A stretch of DNA of 64,000 nt from Vicinamibacterales bacterium (GTDB lineage: Bacteria; Acidobacteriota; Vicinamibacteria; Vicinamibacterales; Fen-181). The translations under genes were made by a program, and so were the position numbers. Of this stretch, positions 18,693 to 28,322 are shown piece by piece. The notes beneath the pieces were generated by a model. That model saw nothing but the letters and a program-made list of their open reading frames with translations, did not search any database and was not told the origin of the DNA. The stretch covers positions 1 to 64,000 of the forward strand of contig DASXVO010000016.1 of assembly GCA_036504215.1 (NCBI GenBank). The letters run 5' to 3'. Position 1 is the stretch's first letter. The number at the start of each line of letters is the position of its first letter.

Positions 18693-21043
18693 CCCCGGAT
18701 CTCGTGGTGTCCGCGCATCCACGCCACCAGGGCACAACACGTGAACAGGCCTGAGCATCCGATCAGCGGCCAGACCGCATACCGGTGGACGAAAAACAGG
18801 CCGCCCTGCCGGACCGACGCCAGCATCGGGAACATCGCCAGCGTGGCCGACACCGCCGCGGGAATGGCGGCGCTCACCGCCAGCCAGAAGCACAGCTTCC
18901 GGCACACCACGACGTAGGGGTTTGCCGCCCGCGATGTTGCCGCGCCGAGGGGCCAGCGCACGCGGTTGACATCCGCGCGGCCGAGGCGATTCCGCTCGGC
19001 CCAGAACAGCGTGATCAGCACGGCCCCGGCAATGAAGACCGGCGCCGACGCGACGTGAATCATCAGCCGGTATCCGGTGAGCGCACGCCCTGACAGCAGC
19101 GCGGGCCATCCACTGGCCACACTCGCCACGCACGCACTCAGGCCAACCAGATTGATTGCGACCCGCCCGAGTGGTCCTCGTTCGGTCGCTGCCGAGACGC
19201 GACCGATGGCCCGCATCACGTACGTCAGCAGGAGCAGCACCAGGACTGTCGCGCCAGCCGTGACGGAGCCCTCGAGCCACGGACGGTAGCGGAACGTGCG
19301 AGCGAAGTCGGCGACGTAGCCTGTGTCCAGGCCCTGCTGGAACCGGTTCATCGTCCACGATTCGCCGCGTTCGGACGCCAATGGGGAATCCACTGGCACC
19401 CGACTGTAGAAGACCGGCGCGTTCGCGTCATGACAGTCCGTACAGCCTCTTGCGCCGAGAGCCAGGCCAGCCGGTCGGACGTCGTGGGCCATCTGCCACA
19501 GATAGGGTTGCGCCGATGGGTGGGCATCCGACGCCATTCGCCCCGATCCGTCCAAACGGTGCAGCCTGCCGCCCGCCACATACACCGGTGTGCCCTCTGC
19601 CCTCGGCTCGTCGCGCAGGAGGCCGAGAATCGCCACGACGGTCTGGTTGTCGAGGTTTGGCCAACTCCCGTCGGGCGAGAGACTCAGCTTCACGCGAGCC
19701 CTCGACATCACGTTCTTGACGCGGTCGGGCAGAATCGGACGCACCGTGCCGTTCGCCATGCGCCCCCAGAAAGCGGGCCACAACAGCCGGTTCGGCGTCA
19801 TCACGCCATCGTCGGGCCGAGCGAACACCGGATAGTACAGGTGAGGCAGGACGTCGCCGGACTTGTTGACGTTCAGCCCGCCGAGGCGATGCGACTGGCT
19901 GGTCTTGAGCCGACGTGCCGTGGCGCCGGGCGCCGGCCCCGAGTGGCACGCGGTACACGAGAGCTTCGTCAGGTGAATGGGCGGAAGACCCGCGTGCCGT
20001 GGATATGGAGCTCCCAGCCGTCCGCGCGCGAACACCCGATCGCCTTCGCCCGCCAGGTGACAACCCCGGCACGACGCAACCGCGGCGCCTGGCCTGCTGG
20101 CTGAAGACTCCCCTTCGTACCCACGTGTCATCCCGTGGTCGAGGCCGTTTCGGTGACAATCGACACACGACATGCCGCGCGAGAGGTGAATGTCCTCGTC
20201 CGCGTTCCACCGTCCCTGCCCCGTCTGTTCCGTGTCGGCGTTCGAGTGACAGAAGTAGCATCGCCGGGCGGGCACCTCCCGGACGATGTCGAAGACGACC
20301 GTGGCGCCAGGGAGGAAGCGCTCCGGCGCGTAGACAACGGCGGGCCGCCTGAGTAGCAACGCGTCCTCGACGAATGGCAGCAGGTAGTCGAAGGTGTTTG
20401 GCATCTCCTTCGCGGCACCCGTCACCTGTGCCATGCCGCTCGCGGCCGTGGTCGCCCACCGGAAGTTCTCGAGCGAGAGTTGACGGCCGTACTCGGCGTG
20501 ATCGTACGCCGGCGACGCGTCGTGACAGGCGAGGCAGTTGGGCTCGAGGTCGCCCGATACCGCCCATCGCGCCATCAACGGCGGATTCGGCTCGCGCTCT
20601 CCGGTGATGCCGCCCGGCGTGCGCGCCCCGAACAGCCTGGCGAACGCCCACGGCGTGATGCCGATTTCGTCCGGACCGTATGTGCCCGGCCACCCGTGGT
20701 ACGACAACGGCAGCTGGGTTCCTGTCTCAGGATCCGCCAGGATCCACGGCTCGCCGCGCCGGCCTGGCATCGGTCCAGGAGTGGCCGTCTTGAAGTGCCA
20801 GCCGCGGCTGATGGTCGCCACATCGTGGCAGTCGGACGCGCAGGTTCGAACCGTGGAGAATGGCAGCAGCGGCCGGTCGGAGGGCCGAATCACCTCGCCG
20901 TCTGCGTCGCGCAGCTGGATGCGGTGCACGGGGCGTGCGCGGCTGCCGTCGCTCTGGTCGCCCCTCAGCGGGAGCGCGCGCTGCGGCGACGGTGTCGATG
21001 CGGGCCGCGTCTGGACCGGGCCCGCGAGGAGCAGGAGGGCCAT
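18689..21043 (-). CDS. Multiheme (7x CxxCH) c-type cytochrome fused to a C-terminal polytopic membrane domain
   Basis: Seven CxxCH motifs (CASDCH, CLACH, CYFCH, CVDCH, CRGCH, CTACH, CTDCH) in the N-terminal 560 aa. About 5 hydrophobic helices with conserved His residues in the last 200 aa. Start chosen at MALLLLAGPV; the track ORF has a 271-codon extension. Confidence 0.65.
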   Translation of the reverse strand: MALLLLAGPVQTRPASTPSPQRALPLRGDQSDGSRARPVHRIQLRDADGEVIRPSDRPLLPFSTVRTCASDCHDVATISRGWHFKTATPGPMPGRRGEPWILADPETGTQLPLSYHGWPGTYGPDEIGITPWAFARLFGARTPGGITGEREPNPPLMARWAVSGDLEPNCLACHDASPAYDHAEYGRQLSLENFRWATTAASGMAQVTGAAKEMPNTFDYLLPFVEDALLLRRPAVVYAPERFLPGATVVFDIVREVPARRCYFCHSNADTEQTGQGRWNADEDIHLSRGMSCVDCHRNGLDHGMTRGYEGESSASRPGAAVASCRGCHLAGEGDRVFARGRLGAPYPRHAGLPPIHLTKLSCTACHSGPAPGATARRLKTSQSHRLGGLNVNKSGDVLPHLYYPVFARPDDGVMTPNRLLWPAFWGRMANGTVRPILPDRVKNVMSRARVKLSLSPDGSWPNLDNQTVVAILGLLRDEPRAEGTPVYVAGGRLHRLDGSGRMASDAHPSAQPYLWQMAHDVRPAGLALGARGCTDCHDANAPVFYSRVPVDSPLASERGESWTMNRFQQGLDTGYVADFARTFRYRPWLEGSVTAGATVLVLLLLTYVMRAIGRVSAATERGPLGRVAINLVGLSACVASVASGWPALLSGRALTGYRLMIHVASAPVFIAGAVLITLFWAERNRLGRADVNRVRWPLGAATSRAANPYVVVCRKLCFWLAVSAAIPAAVSATLAMFPMLASVRQGGLFFVHRYAVWPLIGCSGLFTCCALVAWMRGHHEIRG

Positions 21044-21096
21044 CGTGAACCCGGCGTCGCGTGCCCACCGCCCGATGCCGGATGCCGCATTCCGGC

Positions 21097-22446
21097 TCAA
21101 GTTCGGACCTCGAAGTCCCCGGGGTCGAAGATCACCGGGCGCCGGAGTTCGACCGCCTCGTTGACCTTCAGCACCGTGACTGCCGTCTCGTATCCCGTGT
21201 CGGCCGGACAGGTCAGTTGAGCCCGGCCGCGGACGGCGTCGAAGAAGTTCTCCAGGTGCGGCTGATGATAGAGCTTCTGCGACTGGACGGGAATGGCGTA
21301 GCTCGGCGGAGGCGCCGTCTCCCTCACGTCGAGCACCGCCAGCGTCTGCGGCTGCGGCTTCGGCTCGTCTTTCGGCGCCGCCAGAAGGCCGCGCTTCACC
21401 AGTGAACCCCAGTCGGGCGCGTTCGCCACGTCGCGGTACACCTTGGCCCTGGCGCCAGATTCGGAGATCTCCAGCGAACCCTGGTCTCCCATGAACAGCT
21501 CGAAGTAGCCGCCGAAGCCGTTCGTGGTTCCGGTCTGGTAGAACGCGCGGACCGTGCCCGTCGAGGTCGGGTACTCGTACACCGCCATGACGGTGTCGTA
21601 CCACTCGTGCGTGTCCGCGCCGTAGTAGTCGGTGCCGCCACTCGCCATTACGCTCCGTGGACGGGCGCCGAGAAACCAGTTGAAGATGTCGATCTGGTGC
21701 GACCCGAGGTCCACGATCGGGCCGCCGCCCAGGCCTCGATACCAGCGCCAGTTCAGGAACTGCTCCATCGAGCGGAAGCCATACTTCTCGAGCGTGGCGG
21801 GCGGGATCGCGTATTTCGCCGGCATGGTCACGAGGTCCTGCCGGGACCGGTTCCACTGGCCGTTGACCGTGGTGATCCTGCCGAGGAGCGACGCCTCGCG
21901 GAGCAGTTTCTGATAGCTGAACCGGTATCGCGGATTGCTGCGGCGCTGGTGTCCGACCTGGACGAGCTTGCCCGATTCTCTCGCCGCGCGCACGATGCGC
22001 CGGGCATCCTCCAGCGTGTTCGACATCTCCTTCTCACAGTAGACGTGCAACCCGGCCTTCAGGCAGGCGATCGTGTGATCGGCGTGCCAGAAATCAGGGG
22101 TCGCGATGATTGCCGCGTCCAGCCTGCCCTTCTCCTTGTCCAGCATCTCCTGGATGTCGACGTAGGCGGTGTGGACGTGACCGTAGATCCGCAGGCGACC
22201 CGAGACGTATTTCTGCCGGTATTCCTTCCAGATATCGCACAGCGCGGTGATGCGGACGTTGGGAATCTTCTGACACGACTCGAGCAGCACCATGCCCTGG
22301 TTGCCCGCCCCGACGAGGGCGACCCGCAGGTCGTTGGTGCCGCCGGCGCCCGCGGCCGCCGCGCCCGTGCCCAGCGCCAGTCCTGCTGCCGTGACCTTCA
22401 GGAAGTCACGTCGGTCGATTGTCCTGCCGCTGCCGTTCGGGTCCAT
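21097..22446 (-). CDS. Gfo/Idh/MocA family oxidoreductase with TAT signal
   Basis: RTIDRRDFLKVTAAGLALGTGAAAA TAT signal. Gfo Rossmann domain (LRVALVGAGNQG...HVYCEKE). Stop is 53 nt upstream of the cytochrome start. Confidence 0.75.
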   Translation of the reverse strand: MDPNGSGRTIDRRDFLKVTAAGLALGTGAAAAGAGGTNDLRVALVGAGNQGMVLLESCQKIPNVRITALCDIWKEYRQKYVSGRLRIYGHVHTAYVDIQEMLDKEKGRLDAAIIATPDFWHADHTIACLKAGLHVYCEKEMSNTLEDARRIVRAARESGKLVQVGHQRRSNPRYRFSYQKLLREASLLGRITTVNGQWNRSRQDLVTMPAKYAIPPATLEKYGFRSMEQFLNWRWYRGLGGGPIVDLGSHQIDIFNWFLGARPRSVMASGGTDYYGADTHEWYDTVMAVYEYPTSTGTVRAFYQTGTTNGFGGYFELFMGDQGSLEISESGARAKVYRDVANAPDWGSLVKRGLLAAPKDEPKPQPQTLAVLDVRETAPPPSYAIPVQSQKLYHQPHLENFFDAVRGRAQLTCPADTGYETAVTVLKVNEAVELRRPVIFDPGDFEVRT

Positions 22447-22642
22447 GATCGTCCATCACTCACCGTGGGCCGCTGCCGACCGTCTCGCGCTTCACCTGCC
22501 AAGTGGGGACACTTTAGCGCGGAGCGTCGGCCTTCGCAACGCCGCTAACGGTCGACAACCTCCAGCGGCCCCTTTACATGCCCGCGGTCCGGGCGTAGCA
22601 TGCGCCCGGACCTGTCCCCCGGAAGACCGCGAGGAAATCATC

Positions 22643-25600
22643 ATGAACAGGAAGACGTGTTGCTTCGTGCTGGCAGCGTCGTTGTCGATCGCGGCCTTTG
22701 GGGACGCGGCGCCGGTTCGGCTGGCCAGGACCCCCGATTACCATGCGGGGAAGATCGCGTTCAGCTACCTGGGCGACATCTGGGTGGTGACCGAAGACGG
22801 CTCGAACCCAACGCGCATCACCGACAACGCGGGGCGCGACATCAACCCTCGCTTCTCTCCCGACGGACAGTGGATCGCGTTCTCGTCGAACAGGTTCGGC
22901 AACTACGACGTCTTCGTGGCGCCGGCCGCCGGGGGATCTGCACGGCGCCTCACGTTCCACACAGGCAACGACGAGGTGCTCGCGTGGACGCGCGACTCGA
23001 AGTTCGTGGTATTCCGGGCGTCGCACGGCGACGGCGCGTTCCCCAACACAGCCACGCTCTACAAGGTAGCAGTGGGCGGAGGCCCTGCAGCCCCGCTGCC
23101 GGTGGACTGGGGCTGGTGGGGCTCGTTCTCGCCCGACGGCAAGTCCCTCGTCTTCAACCGTCACCCGGCCACCTGGTCGCGCAAGCACTATCGCGGGTCG
23201 TACGCGGCCGACATCTGGGTGGCGGACCTGCAGGCCAGGACGTACCGCCAGGTCCTTGCCGGCGAGAGCTACAACCGCTACTGGCCGATGTGGGGGCCGA
23301 AAGACGAGATCTACTTCGTCGGCGACCCACTGCCCAATGAGAAGGCGATCAAACCCGGCACGCCCGAGGTGCGGCAGAGCCGCAACAACATCTACAAGAT
23401 CGCGGCATCTGGCGCCGGCCAGCCGGTGCAGGTGACCAAGCACACCAGCGGCAACGTGTTCTTCCCGTCCATGTCGAGCGACGGAAAGGTGATCGTCTAC
23501 GAGGGCGATTTCGGCCTTTGGAAACTCGACGTCGCGACCGGCAAGGCCACCGAGGTCAAGGTGGACATCACGACCGAGGAGAAGGAGAACCAGGTCGAGT
23601 ACGTGACGGTCACCAACGAGGCCGACAGCTTCGACCTGTCGCCTTCGGGCAAACGCGCCGTCATCTCGACCCGAAACCAGATCTTCACGATTGCCACCGA
23701 TCGCGGCGACATCACCGTGCTGGCCAACGACAAGGGCGCGTCGCGCAATGAGTCGCCCCAGTGGTCGCCCGATGGCAGGACGATCGCGTTCGTCTCCGAC
23801 CGATCGGGCCGCCAGGAGGTCTACGTCGTCGACGCCAACGGCCGGAATCTCAAGAAGATCACCGACCTCGACACCGACAAGGGACCGATCCTGTGGACGC
23901 CGGATTCGAAAGCCGTGCTCTACGGCTCCACCGACAAGAAGCTCTATCTCCACTCGCTGACCGATGCCAAGACAACCGTCGTGACGTCGAGCACGCTGGC
24001 CGCGCCACGCGCGCCCTCCATCTCACCCGACGGCAAGTGGGTGACGTTCGTCAAACAGGATCAGACGATGCGAGGCCATGTGTACCTGGCGCCGATCACG
24101 GGCGGTGAGGAGAGGCACGTCGCCACCGATGCGCAGGCGTTCAGCGAAACCGGCGCCGCGTGGACCGCAGACGGCAGGTACCTCGTCTTCACGACGTCGG
24201 CCGGCACGGGCGGCGGCGTGGCCTCCACCGGCGGGCGTGCGACGACCCAGATGCAGCTCTGGGTATTGGCCCTGCGCGCGCAGGACAAGGATCCGCTGAG
24301 CAAGGACATCGACAGCGAGGAGCAGGCCGTGGCGGCCGAGACCGCGGCTCGCGGCAGTCGCGGAGGTGCAGCAGGTGGCGTGCAGCCGGCGCCTGTCGAG
24401 GTGAAGATCGAGTGGGAGGGCCTCCTCACGCGCGCCCGGCGCGTGGAGGTTTCCGGCGAGATGATCGGCGGCCTCACGGCGGCGAGGTCTGGAAGCGTCA
24501 TCGCCTTCACGACGATGGCGGCCCCCAGCACCGGTGCCGCGCCCGCGACGCCCACCATCTATACGCTGAACGTGGCGGATGGCAGCGTTCCAGCACGCGT
24601 GCCGGCTGCACCGCCCTCCTCTGCCGTGGACGGCGCCGGACGCGGCACTGGTGGTGGGCGCGGTGCCACGGCAGGCGGCATGGTGTTCTCGCCCGACGGT
24701 CGTACGCTCTACTTCCGGTCGGGGCGCAGCATCTACGCTGCACCGGTGGCCGGCGCAAGCAGCGCTGGACCCGCGGCAGGAACCGCCCCGACGGCCGGCG
24801 GCCGCGGTGGCCGTGGCGCCACCCCGCCCCCGGCGGCGGGCGCCGCTGAGACATCGGCGAATGCCACGGCCCGCCAGGTGACGTTCACCATCAACACCGA
24901 GATCGATCGCAATGCGCTTCGCCACGAAACCTTCACCGAGGGCTGGCGCGTGATGAAGACCCGGTTCTACGACGCGCACATGCACGGCGCCGACTGGAAC
25001 GCGGCGAAGGCCATTTACGGCGCGCTCCTCGACAACCTCGTCGACCAGGAAGAGCTGCACGCGGTAATGATGCAGATGATCGGCGAGTTGAACGCCTCGC
25101 ACACCGGCGTGAGCGCCGGCGCGCCCCGTGACGGCGAGCGGCTCCAGCCGCAGACCCGCTATCCCGGCTTCGAACTCGAGGCCGACGCGTCCGGCTTCTA
25201 CAGGGTGGGGCACATCTGGAAGGACGGTCCCGCCGACAAGGACTTCGTCAGGATCCACGAGGGCGACTTCATCATCGCGATCGACGACCACGAGCTCAAG
25301 ACCACCGAGGACTACTGGCAGTTCCTCACGCTCGCCGCGGGCCGGAAGTTCCACTTCCTGCTGAACGGCAAGGCGGCGAAGGATGGCGCCTGGGACGTCA
25401 CGATCGAGCCGATGTCGGGCCAGGCGTACGCCAATGCCCAGTATTCGAAGTGGGTGGCCGATCGAGGCGCCCTCGTCGAGAAGCTGGGCAACGGCGAAAT
25501 CGGCTATCTCCATATCCGGGCGATGGACGCCCCGTCACTGCGGCAGTTCACGCTCGATCTCGCGGTGAACCGCACGAAGAAGGCGCTCATCATCGACCAG

Positions 25601-26065
25601 CGCTTCAACGGCGGCGGTGGCATCGACCAGGAGCTGCTGTCGATCCTGGTGGGCCAGAAGTATCAGTACACGCGCGGCCGTGACGCCGGAGCGGACGTGC
25701 CGCGGCCGCTCGAGACGTTCTACGGCCCGATGGTGGTCATGCAGAACGAACGCTCGGCGTCGGATGCCGAGATGTTCCCGCAGGGCTTCAAGGACCTGAA
25801 GCTCGGCAAGACGATTGGCGTGCCGACGATGGGCGCGGTGATTGGGACCGGATCCTTCACGCTGGCCGACGGCTCGGCGATTCGCACGCCTGGCTCCGGC
25901 GTATGGACGGCGAGCGGTGCCAACATGGAGAACTTCGGCGTGAAGCCCGACATCTACGTGGACAATACGCCGGAAGACCTCGTGAAGGGCCGCGACGCCC
26001 AGATCGAGAAAGCCGTCGACGTGCTCAGGGCGGAGATCGCTGCGGGCAGGAAGAAAGGACTGTAG
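22643..26065 (+). CDS. Tricorn-protease-like S41 peptidase (beta-propeller + PDZ + S41 domains)
   Basis: Signal peptide MNRKTCCFVLAASLSIAAFG. TolB-like propeller repeats (SPDG..IAF). C-terminal S41 block (GYLHIRAM...IDQRFNGGG...GKTIGVPTMG). 1140 aa. Confidence 0.7.
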   Translation: MNRKTCCFVLAASLSIAAFGDAAPVRLARTPDYHAGKIAFSYLGDIWVVTEDGSNPTRITDNAGRDINPRFSPDGQWIAFSSNRFGNYDVFVAPAAGGSARRLTFHTGNDEVLAWTRDSKFVVFRASHGDGAFPNTATLYKVAVGGGPAAPLPVDWGWWGSFSPDGKSLVFNRHPATWSRKHYRGSYAADIWVADLQARTYRQVLAGESYNRYWPMWGPKDEIYFVGDPLPNEKAIKPGTPEVRQSRNNIYKIAASGAGQPVQVTKHTSGNVFFPSMSSDGKVIVYEGDFGLWKLDVATGKATEVKVDITTEEKENQVEYVTVTNEADSFDLSPSGKRAVISTRNQIFTIATDRGDITVLANDKGASRNESPQWSPDGRTIAFVSDRSGRQEVYVVDANGRNLKKITDLDTDKGPILWTPDSKAVLYGSTDKKLYLHSLTDAKTTVVTSSTLAAPRAPSISPDGKWVTFVKQDQTMRGHVYLAPITGGEERHVATDAQAFSETGAAWTADGRYLVFTTSAGTGGGVASTGGRATTQMQLWVLALRAQDKDPLSKDIDSEEQAVAAETAARGSRGGAAGGVQPAPVEVKIEWEGLLTRARRVEVSGEMIGGLTAARSGSVIAFTTMAAPSTGAAPATPTIYTLNVADGSVPARVPAAPPSSAVDGAGRGTGGGRGATAGGMVFSPDGRTLYFRSGRSIYAAPVAGASSAGPAAGTAPTAGGRGGRGATPPPAAGAAETSANATARQVTFTINTEIDRNALRHETFTEGWRVMKTRFYDAHMHGADWNAAKAIYGALLDNLVDQEELHAVMMQMIGELNASHTGVSAGAPRDGERLQPQTRYPGFELEADASGFYRVGHIWKDGPADKDFVRIHEGDFIIAIDDHELKTTEDYWQFLTLAAGRKFHFLLNGKAAKDGAWDVTIEPMSGQAYANAQYSKWVADRGALVEKLGNGEIGYLHIRAMDAPSLRQFTLDLAVNRTKKALIIDQRFNGGGGIDQELLSILVGQKYQYTRGRDAGADVPRPLETFYGPMVVMQNERSASDAEMFPQGFKDLKLGKTIGVPTMGAVIGTGSFTLADGSAIRTPGSGVWTASGANMENFGVKPDIYVDNTPEDLVKGRDAQIEKAVDVLRAEIAAGRKKGL

Positions 26066-26071
26066 TCCGGC

Positions 26072-26098
26072 GGGCGCAGGGGCCGCGCCTCTGCGCCC
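26072..26098. terminator. Hairpin between convergent tricorn and flotillin genes
   Basis: gggcgcag-N11-ctgcgccc inverted repeat 7 nt after the tricorn stop. No T-tract, as is usual in high-GC genomes. Confidence 0.3.
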
Positions 26099-26113
26099 AC
26101 CCTCCGAACGACC

Positions 26114-28075
26114 TCACGCCGTGGGCGGCGCGGCCTCAGGCGTCCGCGCCACGAGACCCGCCTTGTCGGCGAACAGCTTCGTCAGCGTGGCCGCAAGCCC
26201 GTCTACCGAACCGCCGCCGGTGACGAGGACCTGCGGCACGATCTGCATCTGCTTGTCGGACAGCACCGTCGCCACGTTGACGGCCAGCGTGCCGGCTTCG
26301 CCGATCGCGTCCTTCTGCGCGCGGAAGCCCTCGGCCTTCGCGAGCCCCTGCGCGCGGATGACGTCGGCCTGCGCCTCACCAGTCTGCTTGGTGAACGCCG
26401 CCTGGCCCCGACCCTCCGCGGTCTTCGCGGTCGCGTTGTTGTCGGCGATCGTGATGCCGACCTCCGAGCGCGCCAGGTCCTTCTGCATGTCGGCCTTGCC
26501 GGTGGCCGCTTCGGTGTCGATGCGCTGATCCTGGGCTTCCTTCTGCTTCTTGAACGTCTCGATTTCCTGGTTCGCGATCTCGCGCTCGGTCAGCACCTTC
26601 ACCAGTTCGCTGGGCAGCACGACGTCCTGGATGTAGACGCCCTTGGTCTCGACCTCGTACTTGTCGAGCTGCCGCGAGATGTGCTCGAACGCCTCCTGCT
26701 GCACGGCCTGGCGCGTCTCGATGAACTGCGTGGCCTTCATGCCGCCCAGTTTGTCCCGGAACATGTTGCCCACGGCGGCCTGCAACACCTCGTTCACCAG
26801 GTTCAGCATCGAGCCGACCATCGAGATGACGCGCGGCGCCTTCGTGTCCGGCACGTGAATGAGCACCTGCAGGTCGATGTTGAACACGAAGCCCTCACGG
26901 CTCTTCGCCGTGATCGGATCGAGCCCCTTGTCCAGGTTGTGCGCCTGTGAGGTCGCGCGCGACCAGTTCAGGTTCAGAATCGACGTCGGCACGATCTCGG
27001 CCTGATAGATGCGGGGGTTGATCGGGTACTTGCCCGTGCGCAGCGGTTCCTCCCAGATGCCGCGGTGTCCGGGTTTGACGAGACTGCCGAACTTGAACTC
27101 GGATCCCGACGTATCCTCCGTCGGCAGGCCAACGTACGACTTGATCACCGCCACCTGCCCCTGCTCGACGACCAGCATCGGCACCTTCTCGACGCGCAGC
27201 AGGAACGGATTCAGGTTGTAGGCACCGTAGAGCAGCGGATCGTGCTGCAAGCCGATGCGGCCACCGCGCTCGAGGAACGTCTGGAAGTCCTGGTACGACG
27301 CGTGCTCGTTGTTCTTCGACCCCAGAATCGTCTCGATGAGCGCGCCGTTGCTCACGGGCGTCCCCGTCGCTCGCGCCTCGTCCTCGAGGACCTTGATGTC
27401 CTGGAAGCCGCCCAGGCGACTGGCGATGTCCCCAGCCGGCAACGCGTCGCCCTCGAGTGCCGTCACGATGCCGACCATGTCGAGCACCCGACCGCTCTCG
27501 GTGGCCTTCGGCTCGATGCGCGTGACCTCCAGTTGTTCGGGGCTCAGGCCGAACAGGGAGAAGCTCAACACCCCTTTCCTGTCGCGCAACTCCTCCAGCA
27601 CCGGTACGCCATAGACACGCGGCTTGGTGATCACGAGGAAGCCGACGGGGTGCACCGGCGCCAGCGTGCCCGGCGACAACACCGGTCGCTGGACACCTTT
27701 CTGACCGGCCGCCTTGACGAAGCCCGCCAGGTCGGTGAAGTTCCCGAACTCGGTCTTGTAGACGGCCGACTTCGCACCAATCGGCAGCGGGCGGCCCACC
27801 TGTGCGATGACGACCCCAACCTCACCGGCTGGAACCTGCACCCACGGGTGCTTGGTCACGGTGAAGATCGGCAGGAACTTGAACCGCAGGCCCGGCATCA
27901 GCAACTCGGCCTGATAGCCGGCTTCACCTACGAACGCGACCGGGTTGTCGCCCGGCAGCTTCCGGCCGAACCGCTTGCGCACCAACCCGACCTCCGTGGG
28001 CCCGATCGAGTAGAACGACTGCAGCACCACGGCCACGAACACCAGAAGTACGACACCAGTCAGCGGCCCGAGCAT
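26114..28075 (-). CDS. SPFH/band-7 (flotillin-like) membrane protein
   Basis: N-terminal TM helix, SPFH domain, and a long C-terminal coiled-coil Ala/Glu/Gln-rich flotillin region. 653 aa. Confidence 0.7.
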   Translation of the reverse strand: MLGPLTGVVLLVFVAVVLQSFYSIGPTEVGLVRKRFGRKLPGDNPVAFVGEAGYQAELLMPGLRFKFLPIFTVTKHPWVQVPAGEVGVVIAQVGRPLPIGAKSAVYKTEFGNFTDLAGFVKAAGQKGVQRPVLSPGTLAPVHPVGFLVITKPRVYGVPVLEELRDRKGVLSFSLFGLSPEQLEVTRIEPKATESGRVLDMVGIVTALEGDALPAGDIASRLGGFQDIKVLEDEARATGTPVSNGALIETILGSKNNEHASYQDFQTFLERGGRIGLQHDPLLYGAYNLNPFLLRVEKVPMLVVEQGQVAVIKSYVGLPTEDTSGSEFKFGSLVKPGHRGIWEEPLRTGKYPINPRIYQAEIVPTSILNLNWSRATSQAHNLDKGLDPITAKSREGFVFNIDLQVLIHVPDTKAPRVISMVGSMLNLVNEVLQAAVGNMFRDKLGGMKATQFIETRQAVQQEAFEHISRQLDKYEVETKGVYIQDVVLPSELVKVLTEREIANQEIETFKKQKEAQDQRIDTEAATGKADMQKDLARSEVGITIADNNATAKTAEGRGQAAFTKQTGEAQADVIRAQGLAKAEGFRAQKDAIGEAGTLAVNVATVLSDKQMQIVPQVLVTGGGSVDGLAATLTKLFADKAGLVARTPEAAPPTA

Positions 28076-28322
28076 CGATGACTCCTTTCAGGGAACCGCC
28101 CCACCGCACATCCACGCCCTCTGAGGGTAATCTGACGAGTGCACACGGCCCACGGTTGCAGGCACCGGCAACCACATGTGTGCGCAGGAGGTTGGCGACG
28201 GCGATCTCGGGTGCCGCGTTGGCACGAGATCTGGCAGCCGTCGGTTCGTTGACGCTCGTACGGTTCCGCGCCATCGGTCTACGCGCCCACCGTTGGCAGG
28301 CACGGTGGTTCGCCCGCGCGCG

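Noticed and set aside
21044-21856. 271-codon N-terminal extension of the multiheme cytochrome ORF
   Set aside because: The extension overlaps the 3' end of the upstream Gfo gene in another frame and is Arg/Gly-rich with no motif. The internal start MALLLLAG gives a sensible protein and a 53-nt intergenic gap.
28076-28322. Larger non-coding gaps (28076-28322, 29436-29688, 36216-36420, 52967-53292, 58977-59227) checked by eye for tRNA/ncRNA genes
   Set aside because: No cloverleaf-compatible GTTCGAATC-type T-arm or conserved ncRNA motif was recognised. Manual inspection cannot exclude small RNAs, so tRNAscan/Infernal would be needed.
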